Assembly: GCA_965215335.1 (NCBI GenBank) | Contig: CBDCDA010000002.1 | Location: 544,001 to 608,000 of the forward strand | DNA length: 64,000 nucleotides | DNA from: an uncultured Candidatus Entotheonella sp. | GTDB taxonomy: Bacteria; Tectomicrobia; Entotheonellia; Entotheonellales; Entotheonellaceae | Direction of reading: 5' to 3' | Shown here: piece after piece, positions 19,320 to 28,389 of the stretch | How positions within the stretch are numbered: the first letter of the stretch is position 1 | How the letters are laid out: every line of letters begins with the position of its first letter | The notes under the pieces: generated by a model | What the model was told of the DNA's origin: nothing | Databases searched by the model: none | Seen by the model: only the letters and a program-made list of their open reading frames with translations | Program-made: the position numbers and the translations under genes

Positions 19320-20287
19320 TTCGGCATGGCCTGCAGCAGCAGGGCGTAGAGCAACGGCAGCATGATCTCGTGATGTCCGGTGAGGGTATAGCCGCGGCCG
19401 CCGTCCTGGGTCGGGCGGCGCACGACGTTGGCTTCGGTACGGTAGTGCTGCAGCATGTCCAGGTTGACGGTCAGGAAGCGCTCGACCACGTGACCGGTGT
19501 TGCGGCACAGGGTCAGCGCCTTGAGAAACACCTCGGGCAGGAGCACGGCGGAGCCGACGTTCCAATAGCAGCCGCCGTCGTGGAGACCTCGGAGGAGCAT
19601 GGTTAAACGCTGAAAATCCACGTAGGTCGCGGCGCCGAGCAGAGCGGCGTCGGTACTGGGATGCATGTGGATGGTGTCGGCGCCAATGGCCACGTGCACC
19701 GTGACCGGTACCTGGCAGATATGCGCAGCGGCGAGAAGGCTATGGGTTTGGTACGGATAATCGCCTTCGGCGATCGCTTGCCCCAGCACGGCGCCGATGC
19801 CAAGCCGTCCCGCGTCGTGCGTTCTCAGGGCCTCGTTGATCAGGCGCGGTGTCTCTTCCACCATGCCGAAAGCCCCGGAACCGAGTCCTTGCGCCACGTC
19901 CTCCGATGTGGCGCCGATCAGCGCAACTTCGAGATCGTGAATCATCCCGGCACCGTTCAGGACAAGACCGCTCAGCCAGCCGCGCTGCATCATGTCGATG
20001 AGAATCAAGTTGAGGCCGCACTTGATGACGTGGGCGCCCATGGCCAGGATGATGGCTCGCCGGCGCTGGTGCGCGGCCACGAAGCCACCGACGATGTCGG
20101 CAAGGTCCAGGCCCTTCAGCAGACGCGGAAACAGCGCGCGCAGGTTGCCATTGGCCGGCCAGGCCCGCGGATCGACGAAATCGGCCACGTGCACCTTGTG
20201 CTGCCGGTCGCGCACCGAGACGGTGCGCACCCGTTGCAGAGCCCGCCGGTCTTCCGGCGTCACGGGACGAACGAGGGGGCGAGGCAT
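19313..20287 (-). CDS. deoxyhypusine synthase-like hypothetical protein
   Basis: MGAHVIKCGL, NGAGMIHD, GSAVLLPEVFLKA, GHHEIMLPLL. Confidence 0.7.
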   Translation of the reverse strand: MPRPLVRPVTPEDRRALQRVRTVSVRDRQHKVHVADFVDPRAWPANGNLRALFPRLLKGLDLADIVGGFVAAHQRRRAIILAMGAHVIKCGLNLILIDMMQRGWLSGLVLNGAGMIHDLEVALIGATSEDVAQGLGSGAFGMVEETPRLINEALRTHDAGRLGIGAVLGQAIAEGDYPYQTHSLLAAAHICQVPVTVHVAIGADTIHMHPSTDAALLGAATYVDFQRLTMLLRGLHDGGCYWNVGSAVLLPEVFLKALTLCRNTGHVVERFLTVNLDMLQHYRTEANVVRRPTQDGGRGYTLTGHHEIMLPLLYALLLQAMPNQ

Positions 20288-20410
20288 GCCGGAAATGGCT
20301 CCATTCACACAGGACCATACGAGGATACGGTTGCGGAGCATTATAGCAACGGCGGCTGTGCGGCGCGCGTATTCTATCCGAACCTTCACACCCGACAAGG
20401 CGGTGTTTTT

Positions 20411-20836
20411 TTGAGGCATCCCTCACCAATACATGACAAGCAACTGAAACTCTCGGCCCTTCAGCAAGCCGTCCTGCACTGGCTGCGACGTGAGCAGCGC
20501 CGTCGTCCGCAGCATGCGAACGCCGCCGGCATCCCCTACCCCGACCTCGTGCGCGCCCTCGACGTTGACCGCGCGGCGTTGTCCGCCTGCATCCGCCGCC
20601 TCATACGCAAGCGGCTCGTCGTTGCCACCCTGCCACGCGGCGCCTGGGTGCGCTACATCTCCCTGACCGGCAGGGGAGAAGCCAAACCCCGTCAGGAAAC
20701 ATCCAGGGAACGCAAGAAACACCGCCACCCGTCAGACCTGTGGGACCGCAAACCGCGCCGCGAGACCAGGACGCGCCGCCGCGCGTCCTGGAAGCCCCTG
20801 GTCGAAAGGGATAGGTGGGATGAAACCAACCGGTAA
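20411..20836 (+). CDS. small basic winged-helix-like hypothetical protein (start uncertain)
   Basis: LSALQQAVLHWL...VDRAALSACIRRLIRKRLV...ISLTGRG resembles a MarR-type wHTH; overlaps the next gene start. Confidence 0.5.
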   Translation: MRHPSPIHDKQLKLSALQQAVLHWLRREQRRRPQHANAAGIPYPDLVRALDVDRAALSACIRRLIRKRLVVATLPRGAWVRYISLTGRGEAKPRQETSRERKKHRHPSDLWDRKPRRETRTRRRASWKPLVERDRWDETNR

Positions 20837-21587
20837 CCGCAGGCTGACCCTGTTACACACCGCGGACGTGCATCTTGGCAACCCTGCTCCCGGCACGGCC
20901 GGGCTGCCCGGCGCCCACCGCGCCTTCGAGGCCATCGTCGACCGCGCCCTCGACGCCGAGGTTGATGTCTTCCTCATCGCCGGCGACCTCTTCGACCACA
21001 ACCGCGTTGCCGACGAGGTCGTCGGCTTTGCGCAGAGCCAATTGCGCCGCCTGCACTGCCCCGCCGTCATTCTGCCGGGCAACCACGACTGCCTGCACGC
21101 CAACGCCATCTACCACCGCCACGACTTCAGCACCGCATGCGGCAACGTGCGCGTCATTACCGAGCCGGACGGCCAAACGATCACCTTTTCCGATCTCGAC
21201 CTGGTTGTCTGGGGCCGGGCCATGGAAACACACGAGCCCGGCTTTCACCCGCTGGCGGATATCCCGACGCGGCAGGGCAAGCCGGCCCGCTGGCACGTGG
21301 TCATGGCACACGGCTTTTTCTATGAGGACTTCGAGACACCCGAACGATCGTCACCGATACGCGCTGTCGAGATTCGACAAACCGGCTGGGATTACGTCGC
21401 CATGGGCCACAAACACGTCATGGCGGACCACAGCCAGGGTAGCGTCGTGGCCTGGTATCCTGGCGCTCCCTTGGCGGAATGGAGTGCCGCACCGCCGGGG
21501 CACGTCCTGCTGGTTGAGTGCTGCCCCGAGCACGGCATCGTCGTACGACCCCAGCAGGTCACAGCGGGTTGCAAGGGCGGCTCATGA
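20820..21587 (+). CDS. SbcD/Mre11-like metallophosphoesterase (DNA repair exonuclease family)
   Basis: HTADVHLG, AGDLFD, PGNHD, AHG, MGHKH, YPGAP. Confidence 0.88.
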   Translation: MKPTGNRRLTLLHTADVHLGNPAPGTAGLPGAHRAFEAIVDRALDAEVDVFLIAGDLFDHNRVADEVVGFAQSQLRRLHCPAVILPGNHDCLHANAIYHRHDFSTACGNVRVITEPDGQTITFSDLDLVVWGRAMETHEPGFHPLADIPTRQGKPARWHVVMAHGFFYEDFETPERSSPIRAVEIRQTGWDYVAMGHKHVMADHSQGSVVAWYPGAPLAEWSAAPPGHVLLVECCPEHGIVVRPQQVTAGCKGGS

Positions 21588-21600
21588 AGAACGGCAGACT

Positions 21601-21952
21601 TAGAGCGGTTTTCGCGTGACTATATGGGATAGTCGCAACGGGCAAACCAGCCTTGAGCATCCAGTGTCGTCACCGCCCGTCGTCGCCCCTGCAATCGTCA
21701 TCAACGCCTTGAGAGCCCCAAGCGGAAGCGCCCCCGTCAGCGTCACGTTCACCCCGGGGTCCTTGGGCACACCGGTCGCCGACGCGCCGGCCTCCGGGGG
21801 ACCCGCCCATACGTTCTTGTCATGGCCAGGTTGAGGCCCGATTCATCGATGAACATCAAGCGTTCGGAAGCAATCGAGGCGATCTGGGTGCGGTAGTACT
21901 GGCGGGCTTGGCGGACCCGTTCGGTGTCACCTTCGCACGCATAGATTACCTT
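21601..21952 (-). mobile_element. IS630-family transposase remnant (frameshifted, internally deleted, right end retained)
   Basis: ERLMFIDESGLNLAMTRTYGR / VPKDPGVNVTLTGAL...MTIAGATTG / DAQGWFARCDY*; end sequence GCGAAAACCGCTC followed by TA. Confidence 0.85.
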
Positions 21953-21994
21953 CAATCGCTTTCCATGTCGTTTACTTCGTCGCATAGATCAGAA

Positions 21995-22080
21995 ATAATG
22001 AATTCCCGAATGTATTTGTCGGTGATGTTGTCGAACCGGCCCTGCGGCAAAACGGTCGCCATGTTCTTCCGGCCTTAACT
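21995..22080 (-). pseudogene. fragment of an N6-adenine DNA methyltransferase (HsdM-like)
   Basis: minus strand encodes KAGR/MATVLPQGRFDNITDKYIREFI, matching the HsdM GGRMAxVLPQGRFNN...YIREFI segment; lower GC. Confidence 0.6.
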
Positions 22081-22177
22081 GATTCCTCTCCCACTGGGAA
22101 GCCGGGGTAAAGGCGCGTGGTCTGGAAGGCGGCGGCCGCGCTCGAGGCTTGCCGGCATGGGGTTGATTCGAATGCCC

Positions 22178-22639
22178 TCACCACCCCAGAATAAACGAAT
22201 TGCGCAGCAAGGCAACGCGCTCGCCGTCCTGATTGGTCACGGTGATTTCCCGCACCACGAAGCGCATGGTGCCGGAGCGTCCCGTCTTTTCGTACAGGTC
22301 GGCGAGGCGGGTCGTATAGGTCAGCATGTCGCCGGGATGGACGGGGCCGTAGAAGGTGCAGTCGTAACCGGCGTTGATACCGATGCCCCGGACCGCCATT
22401 GCGGGCGGGGCGATGGGGCCGGCGCCATGCCAGGTAACGAACGTGGGCAGCGCGATGATGTCGCGGTAGCCCCGGGCGCGTGCCGCTTCCGCGTCCACGT
22501 GTACCGGCTCGGTGCTTCCAAGAATACCGGCGTAGTCGAGGAGCATCTGGCGCGTGACGTGCTGCTCGGTGCGGCTATAGATCTTTCCTGCCAGGCCGCG
22601 GTCCCAATTGCGCATCGTCTGTTTTCCCATCATCCTCAC
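22178..22639 (-). CDS. MaoC/FAS1-like hot-dog dehydratase domain protein
   Basis: PVHVDAEAARARGYRDIIALPTF, GPVHPGD, EKTGRSG. Confidence 0.85.
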   Translation of the reverse strand: MRMMGKQTMRNWDRGLAGKIYSRTEQHVTRQMLLDYAGILGSTEPVHVDAEAARARGYRDIIALPTFVTWHGAGPIAPPAMAVRGIGINAGYDCTFYGPVHPGDMLTYTTRLADLYEKTGRSGTMRFVVREITVTNQDGERVALLRNSFILGW

Positions 22640-23385
22640 CCGCTCGACTTGTGCTGCCTGGAGGCGCGGCGCAGCAACACGTAGACCGCGCCGGCACCGC
22701 CGTCAGCCGCCGGCGCAGTGGCAAACGCCAGCACCAAACGGCTCAGGCGCCCGTGGGACAGCCAGAGTTGCACTTGTTCCTTGATGACGGGCCGATTGTC
22801 CCTGGAGTTGCGCCCGCGGCCATGAATGACACGCACGCAGCGCTGCCCGGCGGTGTATGCCTGCGCCACGAAACGCTGCACGACGAGCTTTGCTGTTTCG
22901 ACCGTGTGGCCATGCAGGTCGCATTGCGCCTGGACGGCGAAATCGCCGTGATGCAGGCGCTGGGCCAGGCGACGGTCGACGCCCGGCGCCACGCCCTCCA
23001 TGTATTCATCCGTACACTGAATGGAAAAGGCGCCGCGCCCTTGGACGAGGTCGCGTAATTCGTCCAGGGCGTCCGGTCTTTCGTAAGCACTCGCCCTGCG
23101 CTGCGGCCGTGGCTTGTCCACACGCCCGCGTGGGTCCTTGGGCAGGGGTGTAACGCCAGTCATTTCAGACAGGAACAACGCCCTCTCCCGCCGTGCCCGT
23201 TCGGTGGCGGTGACAAGAGCGTATCCGGGAATGGGGGCAGACTTTGGCGTGGACGGTGTGGGGACAGGCCGCGTTGCAACCTCGCGCAGTTTTTCTCTGA
23301 CCTCACCGAAGGGTCTGTGGAAATTTTCTTCCTGCGGTACGGCGGTCAAGACGGGAGGTCGGGATTTTCGTCGCTTGCGTCCCAT
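22636..23385 (-). CDS. Smr/MutS2 C-terminal domain protein
   Basis: CDLHG, VIHGRG, DGGAGAVYVLL. Confidence 0.9.
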   Translation of the reverse strand: MGRKRRKSRPPVLTAVPQEENFHRPFGEVREKLREVATRPVPTPSTPKSAPIPGYALVTATERARRERALFLSEMTGVTPLPKDPRGRVDKPRPQRRASAYERPDALDELRDLVQGRGAFSIQCTDEYMEGVAPGVDRRLAQRLHHGDFAVQAQCDLHGHTVETAKLVVQRFVAQAYTAGQRCVRVIHGRGRNSRDNRPVIKEQVQLWLSHGRLSRLVLAFATAPAADGGAGAVYVLLRRASRQHKSSG

Positions 23386-23390
23386 GGCCT

Positions 23391-24674
23391 TCACGTCCTG
23401 TAAGCACGATCCAGCATCTCGATCGGGTGGAGGATTTCGGCGGCCAGCCCATGCCGCGCAGCCCCTTGGCGCAATTGCAGGAGGCAGCCGGGATTGCCGC
23501 TGACGACGGCATCGGGCCGCACCGATGCGAGGTGGGCCATTTTGCGGTCGAGGAGCGCCTCGGCCGTTTCCGGCTGGAGCAGATTGAAGGTACCCGCGCT
23601 GCCGCAGCACCAGTCGCTCTCGGAAACCTCCAACAGTTCCAGTCCCGGCACCTGCCGCAGCAATTCCCTCGGTTGCTGGCGGATCCGCTGCCCATGCGAC
23701 AGGTGACACGGGTCATCATACGCTACCCGTAACGGCACGGGATGAAGAGGCCCTTGCAGGGGAGTGGCGGCCAACAGCTCGCTGACATCACGCACGCGGA
23801 CGCCAAAAGCCCCGGCGCGCGCCGCAAAATCGGGATCGTTGGCCAGCAAATGGCCGTAGTCCTTCATCAACGCCCCGCAGCCCGCGGCGTTGACCACGAA
23901 CCAGTCCGCCCCGCTCGCTTCAAAAGCGGCAACGTGGTGCCGCGCCAGCCGCCGCGCACCTTGCAAGTCGTTGGCATGCGCCTGCAACGCCCCGCAGCAC
24001 GGCTGCGCCGGAGGGCTCAGCACGCGGTAGCCATTGCGGGCCAACACCCGTACGGTGGCGCGATTCACGTGCGGCAGAACCTGTGGCGTCACGCAACCCG
24101 TGAGCAGAACCACCCGACCGCGCTCCCCGTCATGCGCGGGCGTTTCCACTGGCAGGGACTGGCGCGCCCTTGCGGGCGGAACGGGCGGCAAGAAGGCCTC
24201 CATGACAGCAAGCCCTGGCGCCAACCGGGGCAACAGACCGCTCAAGCGCACGAGCGACTGCACGCCACTGATCTGATACACGCGCAGGAGGTTGGCCAGT
24301 TGATACAGACGGTGCGGAGACGGCAGAAGGTGTTCCATGAACAGCCGGCGCAGCCAGCCGCCGAGACGCGATGCGGGCTGCCCAGCGCCCGCCGCAACGC
24401 GTCCGGCCTCCAACAGCCGGCCGAATTCCACCCCGGCCGGACAGGCCGTTTCGCAGGCGCGGCAGCCGAGGCAGAGGCCGAGGGGTGTGACAATGTCTTC
24501 GGGATCAAGAACGCCGTCGGCCACCGCGACCATCATGTCGATGCGACCGCGGGGCGACGCCGCTTCACTGCCGGTGAGGTTATAGGTGGGGCAGACAGGC
24601 AGGCAGAAGCCGCACTTGATGCAGCTCGTCTCGGCCTGTCGCAGTGCTTCCTGCAAGGCGGACACCGGCGTCAT
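23391..24674 (-). CDS. glcF: glycolate oxidase Fe-S subunit-like protein
   Basis: CIKCGFCLPVCP, CLGCRACETACP, two CCG domains, GNPGC. Confidence 0.88.
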   Translation of the reverse strand: MTPVSALQEALRQAETSCIKCGFCLPVCPTYNLTGSEAASPRGRIDMMVAVADGVLDPEDIVTPLGLCLGCRACETACPAGVEFGRLLEAGRVAAGAGQPASRLGGWLRRLFMEHLLPSPHRLYQLANLLRVYQISGVQSLVRLSGLLPRLAPGLAVMEAFLPPVPPARARQSLPVETPAHDGERGRVVLLTGCVTPQVLPHVNRATVRVLARNGYRVLSPPAQPCCGALQAHANDLQGARRLARHHVAAFEASGADWFVVNAAGCGALMKDYGHLLANDPDFAARAGAFGVRVRDVSELLAATPLQGPLHPVPLRVAYDDPCHLSHGQRIRQQPRELLRQVPGLELLEVSESDWCCGSAGTFNLLQPETAEALLDRKMAHLASVRPDAVVSGNPGCLLQLRQGAARHGLAAEILHPIEMLDRAYRT

Positions 24675-24677
24675 GGC

Positions 24678-25697
24678 TTACAGGTTCGCCTGTGGGACAG
24701 CGTAGTTCCTGTCCTTCTTGTAAATCTGCAGGCGACCGCGCTGGCAATCCGCCACGATGATCAAATCCCGCTCCGCGTCGAACGCCACGGCAACGGGGTA
24801 GTAGAAGCGCCATTCGGGCTCCAGGCTTTTCACCCGGCGGCGCATCTTGGCCATGTCGGGATTGGCGTCGATCGATTGCTGGCCCCATTTGGACAGCCAC
24901 TGCGCGTCGCCGATCAGGGACGTAATCAGGTCGCCATCCGGCCGGTAGATGCGCAGCTTGTGATGGCCCCAATCGGTGATGTAGACGTCGTCGTCCGTAT
25001 CCACGGCAATGCCAGTCGGATGGTCGAGGTCGCGCGGGCCGTCCCCAGGCTGGCCGAATTGCATGACGAACTCGCCGTTACGGTCGCGCTTTTGCACCCG
25101 GCCGTTTTTCCAGTCGGCCACGTACACGGCGCCGTGCGCGTCGATGTGGATGCCCCAGGGGGTGTCCAGCTGGTCGGGGCCGCTGCCCTGCGCGCCCCAG
25201 CCCGACACGTACTTGCCGTCCGTCGTGTACGCCTGCACGCGGTGATTGCGGCTGTCGACCACGTAGAGATGATCGTCCGCATCAAAGGCCAGGCCAGCGG
25301 GGCCGTCGAACTCGCCGGGGCCGCTTCCCGCCGTACCCCATTGCTCGATGAAATTGCCGTCGGGGTCAAACACGGCGATACGGTTCAGCCAGTCGTCCGA
25401 TACGTAAACCCGCCCCTGCTTGTCGAGGGCCACGGAATTGGGCCACAACGCCTGCCCCGGATTCGAGCCGTAGCGGCAGAACTCGGCGAGCACTTTCTCC
25501 TCGCCCGGCTCGCCGACGAACACCTTCGTAAGCCGCGAGCCGTAGTTCGTCTCGTTGCCGCGGCTGACGACGTACATCACGCCCTGCGACGCCAGCGCAA
25601 TGGCGCAGGGATAGGAGAACCCATCGCCGGCCGCGGCGTTGCGGCCGACGGCGTGACTGAAATCGTAGACACGCCCAGCGATTACGGTAGTCAACAT
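24678..25697 (-). CDS. NHL repeat beta-propeller protein
   Basis: repeated G.G.GQ/EL..P.GIA.D...VYV.DW.N.R units. Confidence 0.9.
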   Translation of the reverse strand: MLTTVIAGRVYDFSHAVGRNAAAGDGFSYPCAIALASQGVMYVVSRGNETNYGSRLTKVFVGEPGEEKVLAEFCRYGSNPGQALWPNSVALDKQGRVYVSDDWLNRIAVFDPDGNFIEQWGTAGSGPGEFDGPAGLAFDADDHLYVVDSRNHRVQAYTTDGKYVSGWGAQGSGPDQLDTPWGIHIDAHGAVYVADWKNGRVQKRDRNGEFVMQFGQPGDGPRDLDHPTGIAVDTDDDVYITDWGHHKLRIYRPDGDLITSLIGDAQWLSKWGQQSIDANPDMAKMRRRVKSLEPEWRFYYPVAVAFDAERDLIIVADCQRGRLQIYKKDRNYAVPQANL

Positions 25698-25709
25698 GGG
25701 TGCTTCCTT

Positions 25710-26843
25710 CTACGCCTTGGCGATGAACGCCGGACTCTCAAAGGCGCCGCCGACAATCGACGGGGCGTCCAGCTCCAGCCAGTTTTCCAGAAGCGTGGTA
25801 TACACGCCGCGGAAATCCTGATGCGGCATCAGGTCGCCTTGCGTCAGGTCCGCGGCCTTCAGCGACGGATAGTCGCCGTACATGCCGCCTTTGACGGATT
25901 CGCCAAGGGCGAAGGCCACGCCACCGGCGCCGTGGTCGGTCCCGGAGCCATTGTCGTGCACCCGGCGCCCGAACTCCGTGAAGATCAGCATCACGACATT
26001 GTCAGCGGCCTCGTGCTCGCGCAGGTCGGCGAAGAAGGCGCTGACGCCTTCCGAAACCTCGCGCCACAGCTTGGCGTGCTCACCGGCCTGGCTGGCGTGG
26101 GTGTCAAAGCTGCCGTGGTCCAGGTAGAAGATACGGGTACCCACTTCGGCGCTATGAACCTGCGCCACGCCGCGCAGCTTGCGGGCCACCTTGGAATCGG
26201 GGTACGTGACGCTGGATCGATAGCGCTGTGGCGCCTCCTTGAGAATGTCCGCGCCGGCCATGGAATCGAGGCCCGTTTGCCCCATGTAATCCATCACCGC
26301 GCCCAGACCAATGGCCGGGGCGTAGGCGTTCTTGAAGCGCTCGAGCACTTTCTGCCGCCGCTGCCCCTCGATTCCCGGCAACATGCCGTAGGTTTCCAGG
26401 TCGCCGCTGACGCACGCCACGGGAACACCGGGAAGCGCCATGGCGCGGTACATGCTGGGGCCGAAGCTGACACCGGTCACCACGTTTTCCTTGTTGGGGT
26501 CGATGTCCCGCAGCGCGCGGCCCAGCCAACCCTCGGTGCCGACGGTGTCCGGCTCGCAAGTGTGCCAGATGTCCATGGAGCGAAAGTGCGAACGCGGCGA
26601 ATTGGCATAGCCGACACCATGGATGACCGCCATGTCACCGGCATCGTAGAACGATTTCAGGGCTTCCATGCTCGGGTGAAAGCCCAGGGCCCGATCAATC
26701 GGGATGATCTGGTCCTCGGCAATGCTCACCGCCGGGCGGTTTTCCCAGTACAGCGAGTCGGCATACGGGATGACCGTGTTCAGGTAGTCATTCCCGCCGC
26801 TCAACTGCAACACGACCAGAACGGGTTCTTTTTTCTCTGCCAC
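25710..26843 (-). CDS. DUF1501 domain protein
   Basis: LQLSGGND, RSHFRS, FDTH, EFGRR, GTDHG. Confidence 0.92.
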   Translation of the reverse strand: MAEKKEPVLVVLQLSGGNDYLNTVIPYADSLYWENRPAVSIAEDQIIPIDRALGFHPSMEALKSFYDAGDMAVIHGVGYANSPRSHFRSMDIWHTCEPDTVGTEGWLGRALRDIDPNKENVVTGVSFGPSMYRAMALPGVPVACVSGDLETYGMLPGIEGQRRQKVLERFKNAYAPAIGLGAVMDYMGQTGLDSMAGADILKEAPQRYRSSVTYPDSKVARKLRGVAQVHSAEVGTRIFYLDHGSFDTHASQAGEHAKLWREVSEGVSAFFADLREHEAADNVVMLIFTEFGRRVHDNGSGTDHGAGGVAFALGESVKGGMYGDYPSLKAADLTQGDLMPHQDFRGVYTTLLENWLELDAPSIVGGAFESPAFIAKA

Positions 26844-26897
26844 GACTCAATCTCCCCCCTCTTGTGGTTCAGGCGCGACCCACGCCTTGGTGGCCGG

Positions 26898-28307
26898 TTA
26901 GTTGAATTGATACTCACGCATGGCGACGATCAACTGCAGCATCTCGCCGACCCGCGCCACGGATGTCTCCACCTCGTCCGCCGATCCCCAAGTCAGCGGA
27001 CCGCCCTCGCGGGCCTGCTCCAGAAGCTCCTGCCGGGTATCCGTGCCCACCTGCAGGGGGCCCATCAGGTCCAGGCAGCTGTTCACAAAGGCTTCAGGAT
27101 CAAGGGAACCCTTGGTCCTGAGACGACCGACCAGGTCCTGCACACCCGGCAGATCGGTATTGCCGACCATGTCGGCCACGAAGTTGATACGGCTCATCAG
27201 CGAGCCGCTGTTGATCCATTCCTTGCCGGTATGCCAGCCCTCCACGCTGGGCGGATTGAGCAGATCCTGCCCCATGTAGGTCGGCTGCAGGGCGACCTCG
27301 CGGCCGTAATCGGGACGCGGTATCTCGGCACCGCCCACCAGGCGCAGGGTGCCGACGACCAGCTCCGCCGGGCTCTTCACCTTGGTGAAGGAGGCTTCCT
27401 TGAAGAAATCGGAGGTAAACAGCGTGGTCAGCACCGCCTTCATGTCGCAGCCCGATTCCTCGAAGGCATGGGCCAAGGCTGCCACCGCCGCCTCGTCCCG
27501 AGGCGGGGTGATCTTCCAGCTTGGCACCTGCGGCTCGTCGGCCACGAAAAAGTTGTACAGGTGACGCGCGATGAAACGGCCGCACGCCGGCTGCTGCACG
27601 ACGATGTCGATGATGTCCTCGCCATTGAAATTGCCGACGTGACCCAGAAACGCTTTCTCGCCGTCGTCGTGGTCCTCCGCAATATACTCGAACTCCCAGG
27701 GAAAACGACCGTATGGCAGGCGTGGAATCTTGACCGAGAACGTCCAGCCGGTGAAGGCGCGCGACGCCTCGCGTACGTCCGTCTCGGTGTAATTCCCCTG
27801 GCCCATACTGAACAACTCCAACAGTTCCCGCCCCCAGTTCTCGTTCACGGCATCCTTGTGGTTCTCGTTGTTGTCCAGCCAGTAAATCATCGCCGGGTCC
27901 TTGGCCAGGGCTACCAGCAAATCGCGGTAATTGCCCATGCCGCGCTGCCGGAACATGGCGATCTGCGCCAGCAACTGATCGTAGTTGTCCACCTTGGAAT
28001 TGCCAGTAGCGAAGACGTGGTGCCAGAAGAGCGCCATCTTCTCCTCAAGAGGCCGCTGGGTGTTCACCATGTGGAACATCCAGTTGACGTTCCCCATGGG
28101 CGGCATGCCGCCCGGCAGCAGCGCGGCGGGCTGGTAGCGAAGCAGGACGTATTCGTCTGCCAGATCGCTGTTCTCGGTGTGAATCAACTCTTCAACCGTC
28201 GCCTCATAGCCTTTGGCAGCGCGCCGCTCCAACTCCTCGCGCGGCGCCCCGAAGCCGGCCCGACGCATCAGGTGGGCCATCAATCCGACATCGTGATTAT
28301 CTACCAT
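26898..28307 (-). CDS. DUF1800 domain protein
   Basis: HLMRRAGFG, LFWHHVF, NENWGRELLELFSMG, PPSVEGW. Confidence 0.92.
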   Translation of the reverse strand: MVDNHDVGLMAHLMRRAGFGAPREELERRAAKGYEATVEELIHTENSDLADEYVLLRYQPAALLPGGMPPMGNVNWMFHMVNTQRPLEEKMALFWHHVFATGNSKVDNYDQLLAQIAMFRQRGMGNYRDLLVALAKDPAMIYWLDNNENHKDAVNENWGRELLELFSMGQGNYTETDVREASRAFTGWTFSVKIPRLPYGRFPWEFEYIAEDHDDGEKAFLGHVGNFNGEDIIDIVVQQPACGRFIARHLYNFFVADEPQVPSWKITPPRDEAAVAALAHAFEESGCDMKAVLTTLFTSDFFKEASFTKVKSPAELVVGTLRLVGGAEIPRPDYGREVALQPTYMGQDLLNPPSVEGWHTGKEWINSGSLMSRINFVADMVGNTDLPGVQDLVGRLRTKGSLDPEAFVNSCLDLMGPLQVGTDTRQELLEQAREGGPLTWGSADEVETSVARVGEMLQLIVAMREYQFN

Positions 28308-28389
28308 TGCTTTCTCCTCCTCACGGCGTTGACATTCTCCCCCCACACGGACTCCCGCTGGCACGAAAGCGGCAGACGCACGGGAATCA

